Source: Chloroflexota bacterium (GTDB lineage: Bacteria; Chloroflexota; UBA11872; VXOZ01). Taken from it: a DNA stretch of 64,000 bases. The DNA is taken from NCBI GenBank assembly GCA_965221905.1, contig OZ244922.1, positions 3,200,001 to 3,264,000 on the forward strand. The letters run 5' to 3'. Of the stretch, positions 40,390-50,988 are shown piece by piece; the stretch's first letter is position 1; each line of letters begins with the position of its first letter. The notes under the pieces were generated by a model, which had not been told where the DNA came from, made no database searches, and saw nothing but the letters and a program-made list of their open reading frames with translations. The position numbers and the translations under genes are program-made.

Positions 40390-41592
40390 TTAGCTGCGCA
40401 ATCGCTCCAGCGCCGTGCGAGCCTGTTCGAGCATCTGATTAGAGGCAGGAATAGAAAGCACGCGGGTGAAGTCCTCTATCGCCTTCTCTTTCTCCCCAAG
40501 CTTTTCATATATCTCACCGCGTTGGAGGAAAGCCTGCGCCAGTCCGGGATCCATTTCCACGGCTCGGTTGAGGTCTCGCAGCGCCTGCGTCGTATTCTCC
40601 TGAGCGGCGAGAATGGCCGCGCGCGTAATGAGATAGCGCGGGTCGTCCTGCGCCAAGTCTATGGCACGATTCGCGTCATCGAGCGCGCGCGCAAGCTCGC
40701 CCATCGCACGATATACGTCGGCGCGAGCAGCATACGGTTCCGGATTCTGCGGGGTTATGATTAACGCCTGCTGCAGATCTACCAGCGCCTCGTCATATCG
40801 CTCCAATTCCTGGAAGATACCCGCGCGCGCGACGTAGGGCTGCGGCTGATCCGGCGCCAACTCGACAGTCTTGCTCAGGTCGGCGAGCGCGGCCTCCAGG
40901 TTGCCCTCCACTTGCTGCACGAGTCCCCGCACATAGAATGCCTCAGCATATTCAGCATTGATCTCAACCGCTTTGCTCAAGTCGTCAATAGCGCCCTGGT
41001 AGTCATTGCGTGTCAAGCGGAGACTAGCGCGGCGGAAGTATAGCTCCGCCACATTGGGACGAAGCTGGATTGCCGTACCGTAGTCAGCCATCGCCTCGTC
41101 CAGGCGGTTCTGCGCATAGTAGATCGAAGCGCGAGCCAGATAGGCTTCAACAAAGCTCGGATCGAGTTCTAAAAGCCGCGTGAGGTCTTCGAGCGCGCCC
41201 TGCAAGTTTCCTATGTTGAGGAAGATTCCGGCCCGAAAGAAGATGTGACCGGCATCTTCGGGATCGCGTTCAATTGAGCGGTCCATGTCCCGCAGCGCAC
41301 TGGCGATATCACCGCTCTGCGCGTGCACGATGGCACGTTGATGGTAGGCGTGGGAGCTATCCGAGTACTTATCGACGGCCTCGTTGTAGATGTCCATCGC
41401 TGATTCCAGGTCGCCCTTTTGCACGGCTTCCTGTCCGCGATCCAACAGCTCTTGGAGACCGGCTTCGTCGCCCGACGATAGAAACGGGATGCTCGGCGTG
41501 CACGCGCCGAGCGCCAGCGTCAACAACACACCGGCCAGAATATACCGCGACCACCTCCATACTCCCATTACGCTATCACGCTCGCTTTCCAC
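40390..41592 (-). CDS. TPR-repeat lipoprotein
   Basis: Lipobox LGAC and about ten 34-aa TPRs; start may be ATG 41568. Confidence 0.88.
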   Translation of the reverse strand: MESERDSVMGVWRWSRYILAGVLLTLALGACTPSIPFLSSGDEAGLQELLDRGQEAVQKGDLESAMDIYNEAVDKYSDSSHAYHQRAIVHAQSGDIASALRDMDRSIERDPEDAGHIFFRAGIFLNIGNLQGALEDLTRLLELDPSFVEAYLARASIYYAQNRLDEAMADYGTAIQLRPNVAELYFRRASLRLTRNDYQGAIDDLSKAVEINAEYAEAFYVRGLVQQVEGNLEAALADLSKTVELAPDQPQPYVARAGIFQELERYDEALVDLQQALIITPQNPEPYAARADVYRAMGELARALDDANRAIDLAQDDPRYLITRAAILAAQENTTQALRDLNRAVEMDPGLAQAFLQRGEIYEKLGEKEKAIEDFTRVLSIPASNQMLEQARTALERLRS

Positions 41593-42102
41593 TATCGGCT
41601 TACTTTAGATTCATTCTACCACCCACGCCGTCCTTGCGGTGGCCGTGCGCCCGCAAGGCGAAGCGGCTGTATAGTGTGCCAACTCTTGCCACGAACTCTG
41701 GTTCGTAGTGCCTTGGGAGGTCTTGCCTCGACCCGGGTCGGAGGCGCAACACTCCCTCTCCATCGAGGGAGAGGGCTGGGGTGAGGGTGAACTATGCTTC
41801 ACTTCTACCAGTCCACCTGCTACACCATGCTACATAGAAAGACCCTCCTGAAGAGTGTGTCCGACAGGAGAATCCGTTCATCTTTCGACAAGCTCAAGAC
41901 GAACGGATCGTTCCGTCTACCACAAACTGTACGTGTGTCCGACAAGCGTGCCCACCCATCCTTCGACACGCTCAGGACGAACGGATCGTGACGTTCAGGA
42001 CGAACAGACCGGCACATTCACCACGAGCGATGCAATCATGCGCTCGCTTGTACACCAACTGCGCCTGACACGCGGTACCGGGAGTGCTTTCGTTGCTCCC
42101 GA

Positions 42103-43044
42103 TCAACCGCTAACCGGATTGCGCAACGTCCCGAGCCGCTCGATGGTGGCCTCGATAACGTCGCCGTCCTCGAGCGATGTCCCGGCTGCCGCGCCGACAC
42201 CTGCGGGCGTGCCGGTGGAGATCACGTCGCCGGGTTCCAGCGTGACGATGCGCGTGATCCACTCGACCAACTCAAAGCAGTTGAAGATCATCTGGCCGGT
42301 ATTGCCGCGCTGCCGTTCCACGCCGTTGACGCTGAGCGACATGGCGAGGTTATGGGGATCGGGAATCTCGTCCGCCGTTACAACCGCCGGTCCCATGGGG
42401 CCGTGGGTGTCGAACCACTTGCCGTTCAGCCAGTCGAAGTAGTCGTCCATCTCACGCGCTTCGCGCTCCCACGGCAGACTGAGATCGCGGGAGGAAATGT
42501 CGTTGAAGATCGTGTAACCGGCAATGTGTTTTGGCGCGTCCGCGGCGGCAATGTCACGGCCCGACTTGCCGATGACGATGGCAAGCTCGAGTTCCCAGTC
42601 AACGTTGGCAGTCATTTCCCACAACCGAACCGGCTGATCCTGTCCCACGAGCACCGAGTTTGGCTTCCAGAAGTACCGGGGCGTTTGGTGCGCCTTTTCC
42701 GGCGGTTCGTCGCCGCCTTCGCGAATGTGATCGGCGAAGTTGCCGGCCAAGCAGAACACCTTGTCCGGTCGGGGAATTGGCGGCAACAAACTCACATCCC
42801 CTGCACCGTGGGCAAACGGCGCGCTGCCGCCTTGCTCCCGCGCAAACCCCAGTACGCGGCGCGCTTGCGCCAAGCCAACGTCGCCCAATTCCAGCAATTC
42901 CTTCACGCCGTTAGGCAGTTTGGCGCCAACCGCACCGGCCTGTGACGTAAATGCGTCAGCCGCATCCTGCAGATCGTAGACGTGGTCTCCATCCAGCAGA
43001 CCCGCCCGCGGTCCACTGTCCTGCGCGTAAGTTACAAGCTTCAT
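42103..43044 (-). CDS. Fumarylacetoacetate hydrolase family protein
   Basis: CLAGNFADH, DWELEL, NDISSRD, GKWFD and TGTPAGVG motifs. Confidence 0.92.
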   Translation of the reverse strand: MKLVTYAQDSGPRAGLLDGDHVYDLQDAADAFTSQAGAVGAKLPNGVKELLELGDVGLAQARRVLGFAREQGGSAPFAHGAGDVSLLPPIPRPDKVFCLAGNFADHIREGGDEPPEKAHQTPRYFWKPNSVLVGQDQPVRLWEMTANVDWELELAIVIGKSGRDIAAADAPKHIAGYTIFNDISSRDLSLPWEREAREMDDYFDWLNGKWFDTHGPMGPAVVTADEIPDPHNLAMSLSVNGVERQRGNTGQMIFNCFELVEWITRIVTLEPGDVISTGTPAGVGAAAGTSLEDGDVIEATIERLGTLRNPVSG

Positions 43045-43295
43045 GAATCTCTCCTTGCCGTGTGTGAACCTAGAACTCAATCTCGTGGAACCCTAGCAAT
43101 TCCATTCCCAATGGCAGAGGTATCAGGCCTCAGCCAACCCTACCCTATACCATACAGAGGCTAGCGGCGCCGCGCACCTGGCTGACGGTTTCGCGCCGCT
43201 CCGACGCCTACCCCTGCTTTGTGCCCTGTCTACACGCCCAGTATACTGACAGCAAAGCATAATAGTGGGCAAAACGAGAGTGAGGTGAAAGGATA

Positions 43296-44276
43296 GTGAC
43301 TCCAATTCGCTGTGCCGTGCTCGGCACCGGCCATTCGCATGCGCTGGGCAAGCTCAACGTGTTGCGCAACTCTCCTGAGTGGGAACTGGTAGGCGTATGC
43401 GAACCGGACGCTGCCTGGCGTCAGCAGCGGCAGCAGGAGGCTAACTGGCAAGACCTGCGCTGGCTCGAAGAAGCAGAAGTCTTCGACGACCCAACTATTC
43501 AGATGATTGCGGTCGAGAGCGAGGTACCCCAGTTGCTGCCTTTGGGTCAGAAAGCCATCGACGCCGGTAAGCACATTCATCTCGACAAACCGGCGGGCAC
43601 GGATCTCGCCGTGTGGCGGGCGTTGCTCGCGAAGGCCGAGCAGCAGGACCTCATCATCCAGATGGGGTATATGTTCCGCTACAATCCCGGCTTCGACCTC
43701 GTGCGCCAGGCAGTGCGGGAAGGCTGGCTGGGCGACGTTCACTACGTGCGCGGCGGCATCAACTCCGCGAGCGATCCCGCCACCCGGGAACGGCTGCAAC
43801 ACTATCCCGGCGGCATCATGCTCGAACTGGGATGCCATCTGCTCGACATGATTACGCTGATCATGGGCCGACCGGAAAAGGTCACGCCCTTCTTGCGCCA
43901 GGACGGGCATTATGACGTCAAGATGTCAGACAACACCGTCGCCGTTTTGGAGTACGCGGGGGCGATGGGCATCATCGAGAGTTCGCTCCTGGAGATGGGT
44001 TCGCAAGATCGACGGCACTTCGCCGTCTGCGGCAGTCAGGGCAGCATCGTCCTGACGCCCTTGGAACCGCCGGCGGGTCGCCTCTTCCTCAATGAGCCGC
44101 GCGGGGGCTACCAGGCCGGCTGGCAGGACGTCCCATTTGAAAACATCCCACGCTACGAGCGCGATTTGGTGGAACTCGCCGCGTGCATCCGCGGCGAAAT
44201 GGAGTTTCCCTACACAAAGGAGCATGATTACATCACGCAGGAAACGGTCCTGCGGGCCTGCGGAGCGGCGGACTAA
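43296..44276 (+). CDS. Gfo/Idh/MocA family oxidoreductase
   Basis: GTGHSHA, HLDKP, GYMFRY and GGIMLELGCH motifs. Confidence 0.9.
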   Translation: MTPIRCAVLGTGHSHALGKLNVLRNSPEWELVGVCEPDAAWRQQRQQEANWQDLRWLEEAEVFDDPTIQMIAVESEVPQLLPLGQKAIDAGKHIHLDKPAGTDLAVWRALLAKAEQQDLIIQMGYMFRYNPGFDLVRQAVREGWLGDVHYVRGGINSASDPATRERLQHYPGGIMLELGCHLLDMITLIMGRPEKVTPFLRQDGHYDVKMSDNTVAVLEYAGAMGIIESSLLEMGSQDRRHFAVCGSQGSIVLTPLEPPAGRLFLNEPRGGYQAGWQDVPFENIPRYERDLVELAACIRGEMEFPYTKEHDYITQETVLRACGAAD

Positions 44277-44450
44277 ACAGCGTAGCGAATTCGCTTTCAT
44301 GACGGCCAAGATCAGACTGACGGAAGCGCCAGCGCCAGCCGCTTTCACGGAGCCGGTTCCAAACTCCGTTCATACTTCGACAGGCTCAGTACGAACGGAG
44401 TTTTGTTTGCTCTCAACTTTTGAATTGTCCGCACACAAAAGGAGTTTCCC

Positions 44451-45494
44451 ATGAGCGATGCACCCGACATTAGCGTTGAAGTCACGCCCTGGAAATACGA
44501 CGCCCAGTTCGTCTACTCCATGACCTATGACGAAGGCACTCTCGACGCCATCGTGAACTCGTTTCCGATTCACGAGGAGCACGACATTCCGGGGCACGTC
44601 TGCACCGTAAGCGGGCACTTGGGCCAGCAGCGCTTGGTGCGCGGCACCTCGATGCGCGAGGTGTTCTACATGAACCCGGAACAACTGCGCTTTCTGATCA
44701 ACAAGGGATGGACGATCAGCAGCCACTCCCATACGCATGTGCCGACGAACCAGGACGGCATCGACCTCGATCTGGAAGTGCGCCTGAGCAAGTGGGAACT
44801 GGAGAAAGCGACCGAACAGCCGGTGCGGCTCTTTGCCTACTGGGGCAACCTGCGCATCGCCCACAAGATACTACCCGTGGCCAAGGAAGCCGGGTATCAA
44901 GGCCTTCTCAGTATCGGCTACCCGTTCAATACGTCCGACTATGACGAGTGGGCAATCATGCGCGGCACTATCGGACGCGATCTGGAAGGGTGGCTCCAAG
45001 AACCGTCAGTCTCGCTTTACCACCACACCCGCAACGCCTTCCCGGGCGAACTCAGGCAGGAAACCACCCGCGGTCTGTGGCTTGTGGACATTTCGCACAT
45101 TGTCGTAGACCGCCTCCCCAAGGCCAACGGCCCCGGTCTCTGGAACCGCTGCATGACGCCATCCATCCTGGATGCGCGGTTGCGCGAAGTGCGGGCGCTG
45201 TGGGGCAACGATCTGTGGGCAACGGTACCCGAAGAAGTGGTCGAATACACGCTGCTGCGCCGCGCCGCCGCAGTGACGGTTACGTCCAACGGCACAGACC
45301 GAGCTACGTGCACCGTAAACCTTAATGGCCTACGGGACGACGTGACCGCCCGCGAATTAACATTCCGCGCGCAAACACCCTGGCGCAACGCCACGGTCAA
45401 CGGCGGCGCAATTTCCGCCCAGATGAAAGACGGAACATTGGTCTGGACCGCGACGGTCGAGGACGGCACGAAGTTTGTGCTCAGCGCGAACTAG
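44451..45494 (+). CDS. Polysaccharide deacetylase (NodB-like) family protein
   Basis: SMTYDEG, GWTISSHSHTH and FAYW motifs. Confidence 0.72.
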   Translation: MSDAPDISVEVTPWKYDAQFVYSMTYDEGTLDAIVNSFPIHEEHDIPGHVCTVSGHLGQQRLVRGTSMREVFYMNPEQLRFLINKGWTISSHSHTHVPTNQDGIDLDLEVRLSKWELEKATEQPVRLFAYWGNLRIAHKILPVAKEAGYQGLLSIGYPFNTSDYDEWAIMRGTIGRDLEGWLQEPSVSLYHHTRNAFPGELRQETTRGLWLVDISHIVVDRLPKANGPGLWNRCMTPSILDARLREVRALWGNDLWATVPEEVVEYTLLRRAAAVTVTSNGTDRATCTVNLNGLRDDVTARELTFRAQTPWRNATVNGGAISAQMKDGTLVWTATVEDGTKFVLSAN

Positions 45495-45736
45495 GCTACG
45501 CTGAGGTCTCTTGGCATAGACCGCAGTTTCCTTGCGTAATGGCGGCGGATCGCTCCATCATTCCCGCGCACGCGGGAATGATGGAGGCTAGTCTAGCCTC
45601 TTTTACTCGCTGGATTCAGCGTCTTTCTTCACATGATTGACAGATCTCTTGGTAGAGCTTACTATTTTGCTTTGCTTTTCTAAGCGGTCTTCCAACTTAC
45701 CATCTACTGCCCCGCTCAGACTTCCCACAATAAACA

Positions 45737-45777
45737 CTGTGCCGTTCACCCACTTATCAACCGGGTGAACGGCACAG
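45737..45777 (-). terminator. 15-bp hairpin downstream of the solute-binding protein gene
   Basis: CTGTGCCGTTCACCC/GGGTGAACGGCACAG followed by TGTTT on the minus strand. Confidence 0.6.
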
Positions 45778-45863
45778 CAGCCTATTCTTCGCTCAATGGA
45801 ACAGTGAAGTTCCCTAGGCACTTTATGCACGCAGGCAATCAGTGCACAAGGCGCATACGCTGT

Positions 45864-47252
45864 TTACAGTTGGTCGGCCCACTTATCGAGGACGACTTGC
45901 ACCTGCTCAGCGTGCTGCTTATTGGCCTCTTCGGGCGTCAGCTCCTTGGCGTAGGCCTTGAACCAGATATCGATGTTGATGCCGATGATCTCATCGTTAC
46001 CGGGGATGACCGGCACCCACTTGGCGAGCTCCAGCTCTGCCAGGTAGGCCTCAGCCTCAGGCACCTGCTCCAGGTAGCCGCCGTATGAAGCTGACTGGAG
46101 CGCGGGGATGTAGTCACCGGCACCAATTGACCAGCGCAGGTTCACGTCCGAGCCCAGGAAGAACTCGATGAGGGAGAAGCCCCCTTCACTATTGGCAGCG
46201 CCCTGCGGCTGTGCCAGTGCCCAGCCACCCTGGTAGTTGGTCGCCACGCCATCCGGCGGCAGCGGCATGGGCGCCGACTTGAAGTTCACCGCGGATTCCC
46301 ACGTCTTGCGATACGTGGCGGCATACCAGTGGCCGCCGATCATCTGAGAGACACCACCGTTGGTGAAGGCATCGTTGCGATCAGGCCTCTGCTGGCCCAA
46401 GAACTCGTCGATCCGTACATTGCCGCCGGTAAGGTCGACCATGTTGATCATGAACTTGAGCGCGGTCACACCCTTATCATTGTCAAAGTTGACACTCTTG
46501 TTGTCGGGCGAGAGATATTCGCCGCCCTGCTGCCAGAAGTGGATGTACCACTGCAAGCCGACCGGCGGATTGCCCGGCGAGCCGGTGGAGTAGCCAAGAC
46601 GCTCGATCACGCCGTCCTGCCCCGCTTTGTGGAGCTTGACCGTCGCCGATTGCAGCTCGTCCCAGGTGGTGGGCGGCCTTTCCGGATCAAGGCCCACTTC
46701 TAGAAAGTGGTCCACGTTATACATGTACGTGCGGGCGTCGGTATGCAGCCCTACCCCATAGATGTTGCCCTTCCACGTGCAGTCTTCCCGCAGCTTGGGC
46801 CAGATGTCGTCCCAGCTAAACGCTGCCGTCGCCTTGATGTGTTCGTTCAGGTTCAAGAGGAACCCCGGCGCGGAGAGCTGGCCCGCCAAATAGCGGTCCA
46901 TGTAGAAGACGTCCGGTGGTGCGCCGGCCGCCGCCGCGGTAATGAGCTTCTCTTTGCTGCCACTGCCGATGTGAGTCGGCGTGAGCGCCAAGTCGACGTT
47001 GGGATTCGCCTCCTGGAACTCGTTAAGGAGCACGTTGCCAATGTGGCCTTCCAACAAGAAGTCCTGGTACGTCCAGAACTTTACTTCGGCGGGGCCCATC
47101 ATCTCTTTGGAATCGGCCTCGCCATTTTCCTCCATTTCCGCAGCTTCGCCCTCGGCCATCGGGGCCGCCGTGGCGCATGCAGCAAACAGGGCTGCACCAC
47201 TAAATGCGCCCGCCGTGCCAATAAGCATTCTGCGTGTAAATCTTGACTCCAT
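45864..47252 (-). CDS. ABC transporter sugar-type substrate-binding lipoprotein, Tat-exported
   Basis: TRRML twin-arginine, FAAC lipobox, AGAPPD, YN...F...G, P.TWDE and GGWA motifs. Confidence 0.9.
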   Translation of the reverse strand: MESRFTRRMLIGTAGAFSGAALFAACATAAPMAEGEAAEMEENGEADSKEMMGPAEVKFWTYQDFLLEGHIGNVLLNEFQEANPNVDLALTPTHIGSGSKEKLITAAAAGAPPDVFYMDRYLAGQLSAPGFLLNLNEHIKATAAFSWDDIWPKLREDCTWKGNIYGVGLHTDARTYMYNVDHFLEVGLDPERPPTTWDELQSATVKLHKAGQDGVIERLGYSTGSPGNPPVGLQWYIHFWQQGGEYLSPDNKSVNFDNDKGVTALKFMINMVDLTGGNVRIDEFLGQQRPDRNDAFTNGGVSQMIGGHWYAATYRKTWESAVNFKSAPMPLPPDGVATNYQGGWALAQPQGAANSEGGFSLIEFFLGSDVNLRWSIGAGDYIPALQSASYGGYLEQVPEAEAYLAELELAKWVPVIPGNDEIIGINIDIWFKAYAKELTPEEANKQHAEQVQVVLDKWADQL

Positions 47253-47430
47253 CGGTCTCCTCCTCTGTATGAAACCGTACTACTCTACCTGTACTGCCCT
47301 GCCAAAGCGTATTCCATGTCTCGCGACGTGTCATACCAGCACTGGCGCGGTTAATTGTAGCAGGTATCAACCTTCTTGCCAATACAACCCATTGCGCATA
47401 ATTTAGGGACACGACACCTTGGCGCGCAAA

Positions 47431-47458
47431 GTAGGGGCACGACATGTCGTGCCCCTAC
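47431..47458. repeat. GTAG-type REP palindrome (family A)
   Basis: GTAGGGGCACGACATGTCGTGCCCCTAC. Confidence 0.85.
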
Positions 47459-47630
47459 TCCCTACATACGTGCCATTGCGTAGAGTTGACTTCTCACCCG
47501 CGGGAAGATGGCAGATTGAGCTGCTTATTGTATGCAAGCTCTGTAGAGCTGCGCAAAGAATCCCTCGTCTTCAACCATCGGCCGTTCGCCGTAGACGCCA
47601 CCACGGACCATCCAGGGTAAGACACACCGC

Positions 47631-49145
47631 CTAGAGCGGATCGGCAAAGGTACGCGTATCCTTGTCCGGGCCGTCGTATTCATCCAGCCAGTTCATCTCG
47701 CCTGTGAGCGGCCAGTGGTACTTTTCCGGGGGGCGGACCTGCCGGGTCCACCGCGCCATGAGCTCCAGGTCGGCCGCCTTCTGCTCCAGACGGCGGGCGA
47801 TGTAGTCGGGGTTCCAGTCCACGTGTACCTCTGAGAGCAGTTGCTCCTGTATATAGCGGAACTGCGGGTCACCGGCCAGGTCGGTAGTCTCGTGCGGGTC
47901 GTCTTCCAGGTTGAAGAGTTGCGTTGGTTCGCCCAAGTAGTAATTCAGTTTCCAAGGGCCGCGCCGCACCATGCGTTGGAAACGGCCGTGGGGCGCATAT
48001 TCCGCCAGCGCCTGATCCTTCCACACGTCTTTCTCGCCCCGCAACTGAGGCAAGAGCGAAACACCCCGCGCCTGCGGCAAGGGATTCCCGCCGAGCGCGT
48101 CTACCACCGTGGCTATTACGTCCACCGTGCTCACCACCTGCGGGCAATTCTTTCCCTCCGGCAGCACGCCCGGCCACGAGAGGATGGCCGGCACCCTAAT
48201 CGAACCCTCGTAGAAGGTCTGCTTGAACCAGAGGCCGTGCTCGCCCACCTGGTCGCCGTGGTCGGAGGTGTAGACCACCAGGGTGTTCTCCGCCAGGCCG
48301 TTCGCCTCGAGGGCCTCCAGAATCTGGCCGATCATGGCGTCCATGCGGTCCACAAGCGCCCAGTAGGCCGTGCGCGAGCGCATAATCTCATCGTCGGTGG
48401 CGCGGTCGAGCCCACACTGCTCCCGCCACCAGCCGATGTAGGGATGCGGATCGGTAGGCGGTTCAGGGTGGGTCGGCGGCGGCACCTTGCCCCAATAGCG
48501 GTCGTAGTCTTGCTTGCGCGCCACATACGGCTGATGCGGCAGCAGGTAGCCCACAGTCAGGCAGAATGGTTCCGTGAGCACACCAGCCCGTCTTTGCACC
48601 CCTAAGCGGTTGAGCACGTCCACTGTCGCGGCGGTGGTATCCTCGTCGATCACCTCGTAGCCGCTTTGGCCGGCACCGGACCGCTCCAACGCCACGTGAT
48701 ACGGCCCAGCCGTGCCGCCGCCCAGCATGCCCAGATCTATGCCGCGACCGCCGGGGTAGTTGGGCGAAGCGTCGCCGCCGATGCGGTCGGCATAGCCGTG
48801 TAGCTGGTCGGCCCCCACAAAATGCATACGCCCGATGAGCGTGGGGCGGTAACCCACTGCCCCCAGCGCGTGGGCGAACGTGGGGATGCCCGTGTCGAGA
48901 ATGTGCCGGTTGTCCCACGTCTCGATGTCGGAGGGATACTGCCCCGTCATGTACGACATGCGCGCGGGCACGCATAGCGGCGCGGTGCAGTAGACGTTTT
49001 GCAGCACCACGCCGCGCTCGGCGAGCCGGTCCAGATGGGGCGTTTCCACTATGGGGTCGCCGTAGCAGCCCGTCACGCTGGGATTGTGTTGATCGGAAAT
49101 GATGAAGAGCAGGTTGGGACGTTGCGCGGACGATTCTGCGGACAT
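47631..49145 (-). CDS. Cys-type sulfatase (choline-sulfatase-like)
   Basis: SDQH, CVPAR (CxPxR), GRMHF, PHQP and SDHGD...K motifs. Confidence 0.92.
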   Translation of the reverse strand: MSAESSAQRPNLLFIISDQHNPSVTGCYGDPIVETPHLDRLAERGVVLQNVYCTAPLCVPARMSYMTGQYPSDIETWDNRHILDTGIPTFAHALGAVGYRPTLIGRMHFVGADQLHGYADRIGGDASPNYPGGRGIDLGMLGGGTAGPYHVALERSGAGQSGYEVIDEDTTAATVDVLNRLGVQRRAGVLTEPFCLTVGYLLPHQPYVARKQDYDRYWGKVPPPTHPEPPTDPHPYIGWWREQCGLDRATDDEIMRSRTAYWALVDRMDAMIGQILEALEANGLAENTLVVYTSDHGDQVGEHGLWFKQTFYEGSIRVPAILSWPGVLPEGKNCPQVVSTVDVIATVVDALGGNPLPQARGVSLLPQLRGEKDVWKDQALAEYAPHGRFQRMVRRGPWKLNYYLGEPTQLFNLEDDPHETTDLAGDPQFRYIQEQLLSEVHVDWNPDYIARRLEQKAADLELMARWTRQVRPPEKYHWPLTGEMNWLDEYDGPDKDTRTFADPL

Positions 49146-49435
49146 ACGCATTCTCCTTGGAGTTGCTTACTAACCTGCGGCAAAACTGCCAACGCGGGCT
49201 AAGACATGCCTTCCATCCACCTTGGGCCGCTTTCTTGAGACGATAGTAGCATAGCAAGCGCGGCAAGCAGGCGAAGCTTTTTTGACAAGCCTTTCGCCCA
49301 CTTGCCGCACTCTTTCGACATTGCCTGTGCACTCTAGAATTCAGGGCAAACGCCCGCGCACAAGTCTGCGTGTGTGCGTTCACGCGCATTGCAGGCGCCG
49401 CCCTGCATTACTCACATCCCCGCAGCATCTAGCCG

Positions 49436-50800
49436 CTACCCGCCCAGATTGCTCAGGAACGTATCCATGATGGTTTGGAGCTCTTGCTCGGTATCCCGCA
49501 GGGTTTCCTCGATGGTCTTCTCGCCGCCGAGCGCGGTCGGTACTACCCTGAGCGTAGCCCCAAGCATCTCAGGCGCGCCTGGCGCAGGAATAACGAAACG
49601 CCGATTCTCCATCATCTCAGTCGTGAGCGTCCGAAACGGGTCGTTCTCATGATATTCCTCCGACCGGGCCACGTCGGCGCGAATCGGAAGCGTATTAAAA
49701 TTGTGCGACCAGCGCACGTTCACGCTGCCACTGCCGAAATGTTCGAGAAACTTCCAGGCACTCTCCGGTTGGCCGCTCTGGGTCGTCAGAATCCAGGTAT
49801 GGCAACCGCCGTAGGTCATGTGGCGGCCGTCGGGCGGCTTGGGCCAATGGGCAGCGTGGTATTGTACGTCCGGCACGTCTCTCTTCATGATGCCGTGGAG
49901 CGTGCTCGGCCAGTAGAGGTTGGCAACGTGGCCGTCGTAGAAGAGGAGGTGCGGACGGGTATCCTTACGGAAGTCCTCCAGCGCCTGCCAGCCTCCCTGC
50001 ATCTCGTATATCTTCATAAGCCAGCGCAGGCCTTCCAGAGCCTCCGGCGTGTTGATGGTCACGGTGCGCCCGTCGTCGCTCAGCGTCTCGCCGCCCAACT
50101 GCCACATGGGCACCATCCAGATGCTGTTGATCTGCCAGAGAGGCGCAAACGCTACCTGCTCGGTCGTATCACCGCTGATGCGCGTAAGCTTAGGAATCGC
50201 GTCTTCTAACGCTTCCCAGCTCTCCGGCGGGTTCTCGACGTCTACGCCGTTCTCCAGGTAGACCGTATCGTTCATAAAGACCGGCCGCACGTCCGGGCCG
50301 AACGGCATGCCCTGGATTTGACCCTCCCAGGTGAGGTCGCGCTGGAGCGACGGCCATATGTCCTCTCTACGCACGATGCTCGAGGCGGCCATGAAGGGAT
50401 CGAGCGGCTGGCCCACTTCCAGCGCCGCCAAGGTCTGCGCCTGCCACGAACCGGACTGGCCGATGTCGGGCCCGCTATTCGCCGCCATAGCGGCGATCAG
50501 TTTCGTGACGCGGTTGCCCTCGGGAATAGTGGAGTCTACAGTCAGCCCGGGATTTTGCTCTTCGAATTCTGCGACAACCTCAGCGCCAAGCCCCTCGCTG
50601 AGCGTCCAAAACGGAACGGTGAAGATCGTAATCGCGTAGGGCTCAGGGGCGGGCGCTTCCGTGGGAGCCGGCTCTGCCGCTGGTTTCTCTTCCATCGTTT
50701 CCGTCGGCACCATGGCGGTCCCACAGGCGGCCAGGAGACTTGCGGCTCCGGTTAGCACTGCACCCCGCAACACTGCTCTACGACTGGTTTTGCTGTTCAT
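49436..50800 (-). CDS. ABC transporter substrate-binding lipoprotein, Tat-exported
   Basis: SRRAVL twin-arginine, LAAC lipobox, GPDI and PESWE; true start MNSKT after GAGGAG. Confidence 0.9.
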   Translation of the reverse strand: MNSKTSRRAVLRGAVLTGAASLLAACGTAMVPTETMEEKPAAEPAPTEAPAPEPYAITIFTVPFWTLSEGLGAEVVAEFEEQNPGLTVDSTIPEGNRVTKLIAAMAANSGPDIGQSGSWQAQTLAALEVGQPLDPFMAASSIVRREDIWPSLQRDLTWEGQIQGMPFGPDVRPVFMNDTVYLENGVDVENPPESWEALEDAIPKLTRISGDTTEQVAFAPLWQINSIWMVPMWQLGGETLSDDGRTVTINTPEALEGLRWLMKIYEMQGGWQALEDFRKDTRPHLLFYDGHVANLYWPSTLHGIMKRDVPDVQYHAAHWPKPPDGRHMTYGGCHTWILTTQSGQPESAWKFLEHFGSGSVNVRWSHNFNTLPIRADVARSEEYHENDPFRTLTTEMMENRRFVIPAPGAPEMLGATLRVVPTALGGEKTIEETLRDTEQELQTIMDTFLSNLGG

Positions 50801-50988
50801 CGTAATCTCCTCTCGTGGCTCTCGGCGGCATCTTGTGTGACACAGGGCACACTCACTGCCTTTCGCCACAGCGTAACTCATGTTTCTTGTGCGTTGGATC
50901 AATAGGACACTACCGGTCGTTAGCCTGTCGGTTTTCCCCCTTTCCATGCATGGCGTTCTTGTCAAGATTATAACGCACTGGCACCTAA

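Noticed and set aside
45603-45830. 75-aa minus-strand ORF
   Set aside because: Spans a terminator hairpin and has no recognisable motif
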